DNA of 61,427 bases, filler included, from Basidiobolus ranarum (lineage: Eukaryota): NCBI GenBank assembly GCA_040143965.1. It is 4 parts of 4 records of this genome, joined end to end, with 100 filler letters (N's around TTAATTAATTAA, not from the genome) between each part and the next. Parts side by side here need not be neighbours in the genome. Positions count along the whole stretch, not along the records: positions 30,803 to 46,081 come from JASJQH010000385.1; positions 46,182 to 61,427 come from JASJQH010000386.1; 2 more parts are not named here. One strand, written 5' to 3'. Position 1 is the stretch's first letter, and every line of letters begins with the position of its first letter. Shown here in pieces: positions 38,663 through 50,059 of the stretch. The notes below the pieces were generated by a model that searched no databases, had not been told where the DNA came from, and worked only from the letters and a program-made list of their open reading frames with translations. Made by a program: the position numbers and the translations under genes.

Positions 38663-39550
38663 ATGTCTCGTTCTGATCTTCTACAAGCTGCTCTATCGCA
38701 AAAAAGCTCCTCGTTTTACGCTCGCTTGGCACTTTCTACTTTGGACTTTACTTCTTTGAATGATAATGACTCCAATGAAACTATAATGGTATTATGCAAA
38801 CATGCTTTGTCTTCTCCAGAACCTGTCGCTGCCATTTGTGTATATGCTCAGTTCGCTGGTCTGGTTCGTAAGGCATTTCAAGAAAATCAATACCACGCTA
38901 ATGTCGCTACAGTGGTAAATTTCCCGCACGGTACCAATTCTATTGAGGAAGTTATTGCTGAGACTAAGGGTTGCCTCGATGATGTCGATGAGGTGGATCT
39001 TGTTTGGCCCTTCGATAAATACATTCAGGGTGACAAGGAAGCCGCATGTAAAATGATTTCCGAGATCAAAAAAACCATCTTGGAATATAATCAAACCATC
39101 CCCTCTCAACGTAACCCAGTTCAACTCAAGGTGATCCTCGAAACATCAGCATTCCCTGGAGAAATGATCTATGATGCCTGCGTTGATTCTATTCGTGCTG
39201 GTGCTGACTTTTTGAAAACTTCCACCGGAAAGCATTCTGCCGGTGGAGCTACTCTCGAAGTCGCCTATGACATGTTACGTGCTATCAAAGATGTCAAAGA
39301 TCAGGATGGCAAGAATGCAAACATCAAAATTTCTGGTGGAGTCAAGACTGTTGATCAAGCAGCTGCTTACATATGGCTTGCTGAAAGATTCATGTCCGGC
39401 TCAGATGAAGCATTAACAGAAGGAAAGGAGAAGGAGCGTTGGGTGAACGCCAAAAGATTCCGTATTGGTGCCAGTGGTGTATTTGATGAGTTGGTACATG
39501 TTCTTGAACCTGACAGCGAAAGAATGGTGCAAGGTGGTAGCAATTATTAG
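38663..39550 (+). CDS. deoC: Deoxyribose-phosphate aldolase (DERA), long E. coli-like type, intronless
   Basis: LDFTSLNDND, AAICVY, ATVVNFPHG, DEVDLV, LKVILET, GADFLKTSTGK (Schiff-base Lys), KISGGVKT, FRIGAS. Confidence 0.95.
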   Translation: MSRSDLLQAALSQKSSSFYARLALSTLDFTSLNDNDSNETIMVLCKHALSSPEPVAAICVYAQFAGLVRKAFQENQYHANVATVVNFPHGTNSIEEVIAETKGCLDDVDEVDLVWPFDKYIQGDKEAACKMISEIKKTILEYNQTIPSQRNPVQLKVILETSAFPGEMIYDACVDSIRAGADFLKTSTGKHSAGGATLEVAYDMLRAIKDVKDQDGKNANIKISGGVKTVDQAAAYIWLAERFMSGSDEALTEGKEKERWVNAKRFRIGASGVFDELVHVLEPDSERMVQGGSNY

Positions 39551-40573
39551 CTTGGAAACTACTAATGAATGGATTACCTAAACAATACAGTACTTTTTTA
39601 CATCTATATTCATTGATGTTGTAAATAGACGTAAACAGTAGCCCTATTTTCGTAAAGAATTCACAACATATGTCTTAGTAAAAAGTAACATTGCCAAGGG
39701 CATAATTTAATTAAAAATAATCTCCTTAATTATCTGATATGGCTGTGCAAATATTCCTTCAGTTAAGCTATATTATCCGCTGTAAATGCATACCGCTGCC
39801 AGCTCCCAAACTGATTCGAATATATCTTGAAATTTACATAAAATCAGCGGCCGAAGTATACAGAAGTAACAGTTGCTCAGGCGCCTGTACATCTTTCATT
39901 AATTGGCATATAAACACTTCGTAAGCTGTAAACAAAGTACAGTATTGATTGGATGGCTGTCGAGTGTAGATTCGCTTTTAAGCAATAAACAGAAGTCAGG
40001 ATTAGAGTTATGGTTAGGGAAATGCGGCATGCGGCATGCGGAATCCATGCGCTGTATTTTGGTATAAACATTAGTCAATACCATTCACTCAAAGCGATGC
40101 AGATATGGTATGCCAGTGTTCGAATTATTGTGCAAGTGAAGCCTGATTCTATTTCATTAAAGCGGTATATCCAGAAAGGCCCGCATAGATTTTAGACTAC
40201 TTATATATACATATAGGTGCTATGTGGCTCACAAACGGGACAAGCCCATAGCATTCCAGAGGTTCTCTTCTCCGGGTGGTTAAGGTTTGCGGGGGATATC
40301 AATTAAGGAACGTTGTGAAATTTGACCTCAATAGGCCCCATGAGACCGTTATCGTTTTGTGATCATCCAATCATACCGCCTTAATGGAGCTGCTTTATCC
40401 CATCAAAGGCCACAATCCTTAATTAATATCTATGGAATTCAATTATGGATTGGAATAGATTCTCGATATTTCCATGAGTTGAGATGGCAGTTTCCAAATT
40501 ATGATTTATTAACATTTAATCAGATTTACATTTCTTAATGGTGAGAGAACCTGTCATTCAGCCAGAACATTCT

Positions 40574-40805
40574 CTAGTAACTGATAAATACGTTGTCAGT
40601 CTTCTCCCAAGTCAGCATTTCATCGCCTTTGGTCCAACGTAGGATATACCATCCAGATAGGGCAGTGGAAGTGCCTATGATAGAATACTTGGGAATCTGT
40701 GGAAAATGGGTCAGAAATCATTTATTCAGCATCACTGCAAAGCTGCACTGGAGAGGCACTTACTTGTTGGCGTGAAAGAGAGGTAATACGGGTGAGGATG
40801 CTCAT
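40574..40805 (-). CDS. 54-aa single-TM microprotein, NDUFA4/MLRQ/B12D-like, 2 exons; absent from ORF track
   Basis: TATAAAAA about 85 bp upstream; exon 1 MSILTRITSLSRQQ; intron 40697-40763 (GTAAGT...CTGAC...CAG); exon 2 IPKYSIIGTSTALSGWYILRWTKGDEMLTWEKTDNVFISY*. Confidence 0.6.
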
Positions 40806-42520
40806 GGTATGGAAGTGGAGTTGAAGCTGAGAAAATGCGAGTTTGCTGGTTTAGAATCTTAACATTAACCGTAGCTTCAGTCACTTTTTATATGTTCCAA
40901 ATCATAGTGTTAGGTGTTCGAGTGGCTTGGTGGAATCGAGCCCAGAATTTGGATCTCGACTGTTCCAAGTCAAATTAAGAAAATGAAGTAAGGATTTCGG
41001 TTTCAACCTGCTACTTATGGTCGAGAATTCACTTTCCAAGTGACATCAATTTATAGGTGTCCTACTCGATGAAGTCCATGCCTCGTACCCGACTGGATTG
41101 TAGCTATGTCACTTACCGAGCGTTCGAGTTTAAACAGGGGAGTGTTCAAGATGGGGTCACAGGTCCCATATTTATAGACGTGCTTTGGAGTGGAATGAGC
41201 CAACTTCAAAGTGTTACTCTAGGAAATTGAACGGTTCAAACAATGTAAGTTGTCTCTGTATGTAAATACTCTGAGCCTTGCAAAGTCTCATCAGTTGTAC
41301 GTATCAAGTATGGATACTTGACATTATATTTACGATCGAATCTACATTCTAAACACAAGTCACATGGCCAATATGTATTGCTGAATTCCATTCATATTCC
41401 CACTCAGCTGATCACTGTGGATATGGTTCTTCTCTACATTTTACTGATAGCACTTGTGTTTGGTCCTAAGTCTGGTCATGTGCATAGTAGCGGCTGTTTT
41501 TGTGTAACCATCTAAGGCCATTGGCAACTCATGTGAAGTCTAGGGATTTGTTACAATTATTGTGTGTTTATACTTTAGATTGTTGGAAGTATTGAAGTTT
41601 ATTGGCTTCACTATTCCTTTCTTTATGCGTAGCTATTCTATGGTGAAAAGTCAGTATCCGTGACGATACTAGTAGAAACTGAGGTGAGTATGACCCCAAG
41701 AGATATCTATTTAATGACCTGAATCCGCATACTTCAACTCTTGAAAGTAAGCCTAAAAATATTGTTCACGTTGTGTTGAGAAGATTCACAGGAATGAAAC
41801 ATCTTCTCGTTTCTATTTATATTACTTTAGAATTCCAAGTTTCACTTAAGTACTTAATAAGGGTTAGGACTGATAATATATTTCCAAAATGAAATATAGA
41901 TATACAAATTTCTAAATATAGAAGCGATTAGCACATCTTTGTGATACTTGATCTGCATTTGCAAACTAAACATGCGGATATCAAAAATAATTGTTCTATT
42001 TTAAACATTAGGCATTAGGGTCAAGTTTTAGAGCCTTTGTTGAGCATTCCAAGTCAATTATTCATAAGAAATGGATGAATATTGCTGGTGGACAGTGTCA
42101 ATACGAAGACAATACGAGTAATACATGTTAAAATATTAGAATTAAGTACCCAACCATGCATATATCTTGCTTAGTATAGTTGATATTTCGTAAGTCCAAA
42201 TCGGTACATATATTTTGGATATATTGGACAAATGTCAGAAATGTTCAGAAAAGATAGCAAATTTCAGACTCAACCAAAACTCCCCAAACCTTAACACCAA
42301 CTTGCTGAACATGCTAGAAAACCATCGGTGTCGTTAGGTTTCCTCATTCCCAACCCAAGTATAAATACTTACTTTCAATTGAATAAAACAACAAGTGTAA
42401 ATCCGATATTACTTCTAATCATCCTAAACACTTCCAATTCATCTCAAATACTCATAAGAATACAGAGCTATTCGGTACACAAGCTGATGAGCAAAGTGAG
42501 ATACCATATCGTATGTTCTA

Positions 42521-42860
42521 TATGTTGAAATTAGCATTGCCTAAACACCTATATAGTCATATATAGCTTAATATTTAGTTATCTTATATTTCACTAAGTG
42601 ATTACCCATTATTCTCAATCGGAATTTACTTAGAAGTTCTCAGATATATAGATTTTTTCAAACTTGTGCTAGAAGCCCCAAATTTGCACACATATTCCTG
42701 AGACCTTCCTTAACACATTCTACACGTTAGTTTGTTTACATCTTGACAAAACTATAAATGTTACCTTTCTACTCAATAAATCAATAAGTGAAAACCACCA
42801 ACTTCTCTATTTCTCCAAACCACTTCCAACAAGCTCCCAAATACTTTAACACTATACACT
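42521..42860 (+). repeat. Dispersed repeat family, copy
   Basis: Colinear with 181-530 apart from a small deletion. Confidence 0.85.
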
Positions 42861-43710
42861 GGCTGTTTTGGTATGGGTCACTAAAGACCTTACTTGAGGG
42901 AATTCAATACAAATAAGCCCTGCTTGAGCATTGCGAATGTGTTTGAATTAGGGAGTTTGCTCTTATATGTACCCGAAAGAAAAAGCATATTTGAGTGAAA
43001 TACTTGATGAGCACACTGGCATCAGAATAAGGAATATACCTATCAAATTTACACCTTGAGAATTCTAAAGACCAGTGTACAGGATTGATCAATGAGAAGT
43101 GATGAGAGAAGGCTCATAATATGACGATATCATCAATCCTTGTCTCAACATGACTTGAAATAGCGGGGAAATTGGAATCATTTTACCTCCGATTGAGCTT
43201 GGTTCGCCAATATCATGGATGATCAATATACTTGCTCATTCTTCTGATAAATTAGTAAAGTGCTACTTTCAAGCACTTCTATTAGATAGCTTGGAGGAGT
43301 GTTGGATTCTTTTAGGGATGTCGATTTAATGCAACATGTAATCGAATACTTAGTATTAAGATCCAATTGTGTTGAGGAATCTACTTGAAAACCTGAGTTC
43401 AACAAGGGTCGATTTCTCTTACTTTATATGCTGTCATTGGATATCTTTTGGTATTGCTTGACATACATGGTGGACAGTATCTGCATTAGCAGTTATGTGC
43501 GGAAGAGTAAGGGTCAAGTTTGCGGTGACTATACTCAGCAATGAATAGGATGTATATCATAAGATAATGTGCTCTAGGCTAACTGAAACTATTGTCAGTT
43601 AGCTTCTATAATACTAATGTTAAGATAACTGACATATAGTGATAAAAAAGAGTAAAGAAAAAAAATGGTTGTCTTGCAATCACTGTATCTTTCATTTCTA
43701 GTAGACTAGG

Positions 43711-44010
43711 AATCTTAGTTCAATATGGGATAACTAAATACTAAGCTATACATGACTATATAGATGTTTAGACTACGCTAATTTCAACATATTGGTATAT
43801 CACCGACTATTCTCAACTTGGCCTAGAAGTTCCAAACCTTGCACACATGCTCCTAGGACTTTCTTAGCATATTATGCACGTTTATTTGTTTGCCCTTTGA
43901 CAAAACAACAGATGTTCACTTTCCACTCAATAAATCACAAAATGAAAACCGTCATTTCTTCTAGTTCTCCAAACCACTTCCAACAAACACTCAAGATACT
44001 TCAACACATA
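43711..44010. repeat. Dispersed repeat family, rearranged copy (43711-43791 inverted, 43812-44010 direct)
   Basis: 43711-43791 reverse-complements to 42521-42600 and 181-255; 43812-44010 matches 330-530. Confidence 0.8.
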
Positions 44011-44649
44011 CAACTGCTAAAAGCAATGCCACTGTTTGATAATTCATACTGTAGCCCAAATTCTTCAAGATACTTCATCATACAGAATAGACTCTGGGCT
44101 GTAATGTGATATAGGTGCATGCGATCTTCAGTTTCAATGTTGAATAAAGTAGTCGTTGAAAGTGACTACTTGCAATATCAAAATAGTACTTGAATAAAGA
44201 AATTCCTTATGCCATTGAATTTAGCCTTCAGGCTCTTCCCTGTGTTTGCTATCAACTATGTAATTATGACGAATATCATTGATAGCTTTACAAGTTTGTT
44301 ATCCATGCCGAAAGTCGGTCTTTTCTAATGCTGGTTAAATCCATATATAAATCTGACTGTTGGAATACAGGTCAGCGGATACCTCAACAGTCAGCTATAG
44401 TCTGATGAGCATAATGCAGTTATCAGCATAAACAGTCATATCCCGATTATAATGCAGTACAGTATTACCCGTGTACCATAGATACAATACTATTATTTAA
44501 TTTAATATTATGCAAATAAGTGAATGCCTAGGTGAAGTTTACAATAAAAGCATCAATCATTGGATGTGAAAATAGAGAATGACTCTACAAATATCTGTCT
44601 GGAAAATTCCAATAACACTACTTTCTCTACACATTCATCAATACAACCC

Positions 44650-45663
44650 TTACTTAGTCTTCTGGTCCTGGGTATCTTTAATCAAGAATGGGTCCAAGGG
44701 CCAGGAACCGGTCTTTCGCATATGAAGCGCCATTGCGGCGTCCATAATCTTGGTGGGAAGCGTTTCTTGAAGGAAAATCAAAATACTAATCCACCAGGAG
44801 CCAATCATAATTCGTGTCTGGCAGCCATTTGTTCTAACAATCGCATTTACAGCAGCGTCGACGACCCGTTGCGTGGGCATACCTTCGTCATATGCTTGCT
44901 TTAGTGTACGCCTGAAACTCTACCTAAATTCAAGGCCATACATCTTTCGGGGAGACAATGGGGCATCTTTCCAATTCCTTTCAAAATTCGATGCGGTGGT
45001 TGCTATTAATGTAGTCCTCGTATTGTAAGGTTCTAAAATACTGACATCTATCTCCCAAGGGGAAAGTTCTACTCGCATAGAATCTAGGAATGATTCTGCT
45101 GCTTGTTTTGAGGCGCAATATCCAGCCATACCACGAACATTAATGCGACCGGCAATAGAGGTAGTGCAAAGCAAACGAGCACGGGGCAAGCTGGTGTTGA
45201 GTCTGTTTTTAGCATAGGTACGGAGACTGGGTAAGAATGCTATTGTTAAGCGTACTAGTCCCATGTAGTTAACTTGCATATTATTCTGCAGGAAATATTG
45301 GGTTTAAAAAGGATTTTCTAAATGCAAATGCTCAAAATGAATGCTTACGTCAAAGTTCTCCACAGTCGATAAGTCCAGGAAATTTCCAGCAACAACACCC
45401 GCGTTGTGGAACAGACAATACACACCTTGAGGACATTGTTTCTCAACCAGTTTCTGTAAAGCATCAATATCTGCTTGCTTGGTCACATCCACAATTGAGG
45501 CTCTCACTCGATCTGAGTTTAGCCCATTATAACGGTCAACAGCAGCCTGGGTGAGACAGGTAGCATAGATGATATATCCATCACGTCGGTAGAGATCCTC
45601 AGCGATCTCAGCACCAAATCCGCTATCACACCCGGTTAGGATAATCACAAGGTTGTTGGACAT
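44650..45663 (-). pseudogene. Short-chain dehydrogenase (RDH/BDH1-like SDR) with one in-frame TAG; pseudogene, readthrough or sequence error
   Basis: TGCDSGFG, HNAG, VNYMG, YCASK; intron 45286-45348; TAG at 44920-44922 followed in the same frame by SFRRTLKQAYDEGMPTQRVVDAAVNAI to stop at 44650. Confidence 0.75.
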
Positions 45664-46081
45664 GTCTTATTTGAAATGTATTGCTAAGTATGGAGGGACG
45701 TACAAGTTGAAGTAATGAGACGAGATATAGAAAACAAAACGGAAACGGGGAGAATTATATATGATTTCGTTCTTTAAAAGCTATCAAGCAGTGAACAAAG
45801 AGGAGTTCTAATGCAAAGATAGGTGGAGAACTTGAAAGTGAATCTAAATGCTTTTCGCGGTTACTGCAAAAATCCAGTTCCTGCATTCCTCGGCTACTTC
45901 AACAGTGACACATTTCAATGCTCCTCCTTGTTTCCATTTTGAAAGTGACTTTTCACGCTGATGTAATTTTCAACAATTCCATGTGTGCTGTCACTAGAGA
46001 TCATCAATCAAGTGCCTAAATTGATAGTTCCTTACTAGTGATCTTCACGTCCTGAAGTAAATCCCTAACTATATAATTCCT

Positions 46082-46181
46082 NNNNNNNNNNNNNNNNNNN
46101 NNNNNNNNNNNNNNNNNNNNNNNNNTTAATTAATTAANNNNNNNNNNNNNNNNNNNNNNNNNNNNNNNNNNNNNNNNNNNN
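46082..46181. other. Artificial 100-bp contig spacer
   Basis: N run with TTAATTAATTAA at 46126-46137. Confidence 0.97.
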
Positions 46182-46316
46182 GCCGAGTTGGAGGTAGTTC
46201 CCCACCATTGGAAGTCCCAGGGGCCCAGGTGGTAGATACTTGCGTGCATAGAGAACTCCATAAAGAAATCTCAATGTATAGAACAGAACTAACGAGGAAA
46301 TTATAAACAATATCAT
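46182..46316 (-). CDS. Cytochrome P450, N-terminal fragment truncated by the contig end
   Basis: Hydrophobic anchor followed by the proline hinge LPPGPLGLPMVGNYLQLG. Confidence 0.8.
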
Positions 46317-46987
46317 ATTGTCAAGAGATAGAGCTATTGTAAGCTCTTATATTCTAGAGAACTTGAGCTAACGTCCATAGGAATCAATACATTTGGTTTT
46401 ACATCTGCCCAAGATTTGGTACATTTATGGTCAGTTGAGCTCCTTGCTGCATAGCAAATCTCCATGGATATCGAAATAGGTAAAGATCGGTCGAAGGCTT
46501 ATATTCTCAACATCACTATATTCACATTAGACTATGGGAATTTCATTGGTTTGACTTGGTAAAGTTTAGAACCTCGAAGCCTATTTTGTTTCCGATATGA
46601 ATGCATACTTCAAAGTATCTACAATCTTTGCCCAAATTGAGTAACAAATGAAAATGAAACCAGAATTGTGGGTGTGTGGGTAACATGCTGACAATTTAAG
46701 AGACCTCTAAGCACTCAGATTGGTACAATAATGTAGGGAATAGGGAATGTGACTTTCAAATTACGGTGTAAGTATAATTTCTTTTATTTCATAACATTAC
46801 ATATCAAAAAAGAAAACATCCAAAAATCAGCAAAAAGTATATGCATTAAAGTGATAATTCTCTCCCCTGAAAGATCCCAGCCAGGGACTCAACTGTTTAC
46901 GCTACAATGGCGTCTGCCCAATAGATTAAATGTACGCTACTCTTCTCAACACTAGGGAATATAAAATTCTCCTCGGGAATATTTTGG

Positions 46988-48451
46988 TTAGTCAGTTCGA
47001 TGATGTCTAATGGGAGTCTCCCGATGGAGATCATACAACTCATACTCGGCACTTTCTTCTAGCTTCTCCTGGGCATACGAGGTGCTCCCCTCGGTTCCAT
47101 TCGCTGCTGTATTCTGTGGATAACCACGAAGAATTTGATACAGAATTACTGCCGAAATGGTGGAGACTCCGATTCCATCAAAAGCAACTGGTCCAAATGT
47201 GACTTTAAGATCCCCGGTCATACCAGTACCTAAAAGTACCGAGATACCTGCGGTGAGAAGGTTACGTGGATTGGTAAAATCTATCTTGTTTTCAATCCAA
47301 ATACGTCCTCCACTAACTGCGATGAGTCCGAATAGTACGATGCTCAATCCACCGAAAACACCAGCAGGTATTGTGTTAATAATCGCACCAAATTTGGGTA
47401 AAAATCCGATAATTACTGCTACTATAGCAGCGGTGATAAAAACCAATGTGGAGAAGATTTTGGTAACCGCCATCACACCAATATTTTCTGCATATGTGGT
47501 TACTCCAAGCGACCCTAAACTACCGGCAAGGATTGTCGCAATTGCATCTCCCATAAATGCTCTACCAATATATTGATCGATGTTTCGCCCCGTCATAGCA
47601 GTAACAGCTTTAATGTGGCCAATATTCTCTGCTACAAGAATGATCACCACCGGAGTGATTAAACTTATAGAATGTGCTTCGAACTGTGGCGTATGAAATA
47701 GAGGTATACCGACCCATTTCGCGTTACTCACTCCAGTATAAACAATCTTTGGGCCAGCACCAGCGTATCCACAAATTAAATTGACCACATAGCCGACAAT
47801 TGCCCCTAGAAGGATAGGAACACGTCTAGTGAAACCAGGTCCATAAACAGAGAAGAATGCGACAGCAAGAACAGTGGTGAAAGCCATCCACGCATCAAAA
47901 GAGTTAGAAGCCGCTTGACCTACCGCAGTTCCTGCCAAATTTAAACCGATGGCCATTACTACAGCTCCGGTAACCACTGGAGGCATTAAGAACTCTACCC
48001 AGCGGTATCCAATCAGGAGTACAATAAGAGCAACTAAGGCGTAAACCGCACCAGCAACTATAATCCCACCTTGAGCAAGAGGAATATTCTGATTCAATCC
48101 CGCACCAGGAGTATACTTGTATCCTGTGGCTGCAGTTATGGCACCGATAAAAGCAAATGAACTACCGAGATAAGAAGGAACACGACCACCGGTAATGATG
48201 AAAAATAAAATAGTTCCAATCCCTGAACAAAAGATAGCAGTATTCGAGTCGAATCCACACACCAAAGGAGCGAATACGGTGCTACCAAACATAGCCAATA
48301 CATGCTGCAAACCGAGCAAGACAAGTTCTGCCCATGGTGGGCGTTCATCAGGGCCAATTTGACCGCCCTTTACAACAGTGAACTTGGGAAAGTAGTCCTT
48401 TAACCAGGACTTGAATTTACTGTTCGTGGAGAAGCTGTTAAATTCACTCAT
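46988..48451 (-). CDS. NCS2-family nucleobase permease (uracil/pyrimidine, RutG/UraA-like), intronless
   Basis: PDERPPW, LGLQHVLAMFG, PSYLGSSFAFI, PPVVTGAVVMAIGLNLA, NAT signature TTYAENIGVMAVTK; many TM helices. Confidence 0.95.
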   Translation of the reverse strand: MSEFNSFSTNSKFKSWLKDYFPKFTVVKGGQIGPDERPPWAELVLLGLQHVLAMFGSTVFAPLVCGFDSNTAIFCSGIGTILFFIITGGRVPSYLGSSFAFIGAITAATGYKYTPGAGLNQNIPLAQGGIIVAGAVYALVALIVLLIGYRWVEFLMPPVVTGAVVMAIGLNLAGTAVGQAASNSFDAWMAFTTVLAVAFFSVYGPGFTRRVPILLGAIVGYVVNLICGYAGAGPKIVYTGVSNAKWVGIPLFHTPQFEAHSISLITPVVIILVAENIGHIKAVTAMTGRNIDQYIGRAFMGDAIATILAGSLGSLGVTTYAENIGVMAVTKIFSTLVFITAAIVAVIIGFLPKFGAIINTIPAGVFGGLSIVLFGLIAVSGGRIWIENKIDFTNPRNLLTAGISVLLGTGMTGDLKVTFGPVAFDGIGVSTISAVILYQILRGYPQNTAANGTEGSTSYAQEKLEESAEYELYDLHRETPIRHHRTD

Positions 48452-49321
48452 TGGAGTTGAAGAGGAACGTAAACCTTGAGCTGTAGAAACAAAGGTGGAG
48501 TTTAACTCTAGCTAAGTCACACTACCACACTAAAAAAAATATATTCACTTTTTTGTTGAAAATATTCCACGGGTCTAAAAAAAACCATCCATTTGCCAGA
48601 AAAGGAAATCTCTATGATATATATGTAATACCAATTAGTGTTAAGATCTGACGAGGGGTTGAATTCTACCGATATACATATGTTTACAAGTACCAATTTC
48701 TTAAAATATGCTTAAATCATTTAGGAATTCCATATTTACCAAACTGGAACTGGATGATAAGACCAGAATGTCTAAAATTCCCTATCAACCGTTGCACGAG
48801 TTCCGGGAGAGTAGATTACAGCTGGGCGTCGGAGACCTCATCCTTACGCCTCTACAGGTCTGGATGAATGTGGTCGATGGAAATACGAAATATGTACTTA
48901 AACTAAGATGAAAATATCTCACCGCTTCTCAAATGCGTATATTAGAAGGTATCTGTTTATTTGTCCAGTGGCTCCGTAAACAGGAATCAAGCTTGTAGCA
49001 CTCTGGATTAACATTCTGGTTTCATATGAACTCGACTATCTAATGTTTGTGAGAAAAGAGAGATGAATTCCAGTTATAGTGAGTTCCAATTGAGAAATTA
49101 TCATAAATGTAAAACATGTTTGAGCTACATCCGTTAGAAAAGATTCCACTTATTCTTGCTGAAGACGTCACTGTTGAGGCTAGAAAAGTATTCACAATAT
49201 AGTGTCAAAGATGGTAGGCTACCTCTATGAAGCGCGTATTTCGGCAGGACGAATTCTGAGGCACAGACGAATACAATCCATCTAAAGATCAGGCTGAATC
49301 AGTCTGGCTCTTTCTCTGCTC

Positions 49322-50059
49322 TTATGGTCTCTTGAGTAAAACCCAGAACTTCTCACTCGGGGCAATTTTTGATACTCCAATTCCGGCTAGGCCAAAACCT
49401 TCACTCTCTTTCAGTTGAAGAATTTTTTGTACTACTTTCTTGGAATCTTCTCGAAACCGAAATAACTCGTGGGCAAGTTGCTCATGATTTTGATAACTTC
49501 CGATATCGTTATGTAAAAAATCGGATGCTAGAGATAGGTTTTCCATCGCTGAAGTCTGTCTAGATAATGGTAGAAATTGGACCAACTCTTTGTTGAAATG
49601 AAACTCACGGTCAGCCCCTCTCACTGCAATCACCAGAACAACTTTGGTAGTTTTCAAAGACATATACCAAGTACTTTTCTTCCTCTTCTCGAGCTCTTTT
49701 TCAAGTTCATCTAAGCCAAAGAATCGAGCTTCATCGCGTAAAGCGCCAAGGCAGACTGATTGCTGATCAGTCGGTGTTGCTAACTCAAGACGAAGCTGTC
49801 GCGTTCTCAGGTAATGCAGTATCACCCGAAACAAGATCGGATCGCGGTCTATAAATGGAATCTCTTTAGCTAGGCTATCGTCTTCGGTATCGCCTTTACA
49901 TTTGGTGCACATAAGTTTGGTTTGCTTTTTGAAAACCTGACACCAATCTGGTGAAAACATGGTGCAGAGCATCGACTCTGGCACCGAACGTAGCGTGGTC
50001 AATGAGGTAGTGAAGAACTGACCACCAACGTTCAAAATTATCTCAGAAGAATAGCCCAT
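49322..50059 (-). CDS. BTB/POZ (KCTD/T1-type) domain protein
   Basis: IILNVGGQFFTTSLTTLRSVPESMLCTMFS...FIDRDPILFRVILHYLR...EARFFGLDEL. Confidence 0.9.
   Translation of the reverse strand: MGYSSEIILNVGGQFFTTSLTTLRSVPESMLCTMFSPDWCQVFKKQTKLMCTKCKGDTEDDSLAKEIPFIDRDPILFRVILHYLRTRQLRLELATPTDQQSVCLGALRDEARFFGLDELEKELEKRKKSTWYMSLKTTKVVLVIAVRGADREFHFNKELVQFLPLSRQTSAMENLSLASDFLHNDIGSYQNHEQLAHELFRFREDSKKVVQKILQLKESEGFGLAGIGVSKIAPSEKFWVLLKRP

Noticed and set aside
40920-41030. tRNA-like T-arm (GGCTCGATTCC on the minus strand)
   Set aside because: Could not fold a cloverleaf; no D-arm or acceptor stem.
47157-47576. 139-aa antisense ORF in the permease gene
   Set aside because: Typical antisense shadow with no motif.
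36437-48451. Metabolic gene cluster of questin oxidase, deoC, SDR, P450 and permease
   Set aside because: P450 and permease lie beyond an artificial spacer; no backbone enzyme is present.
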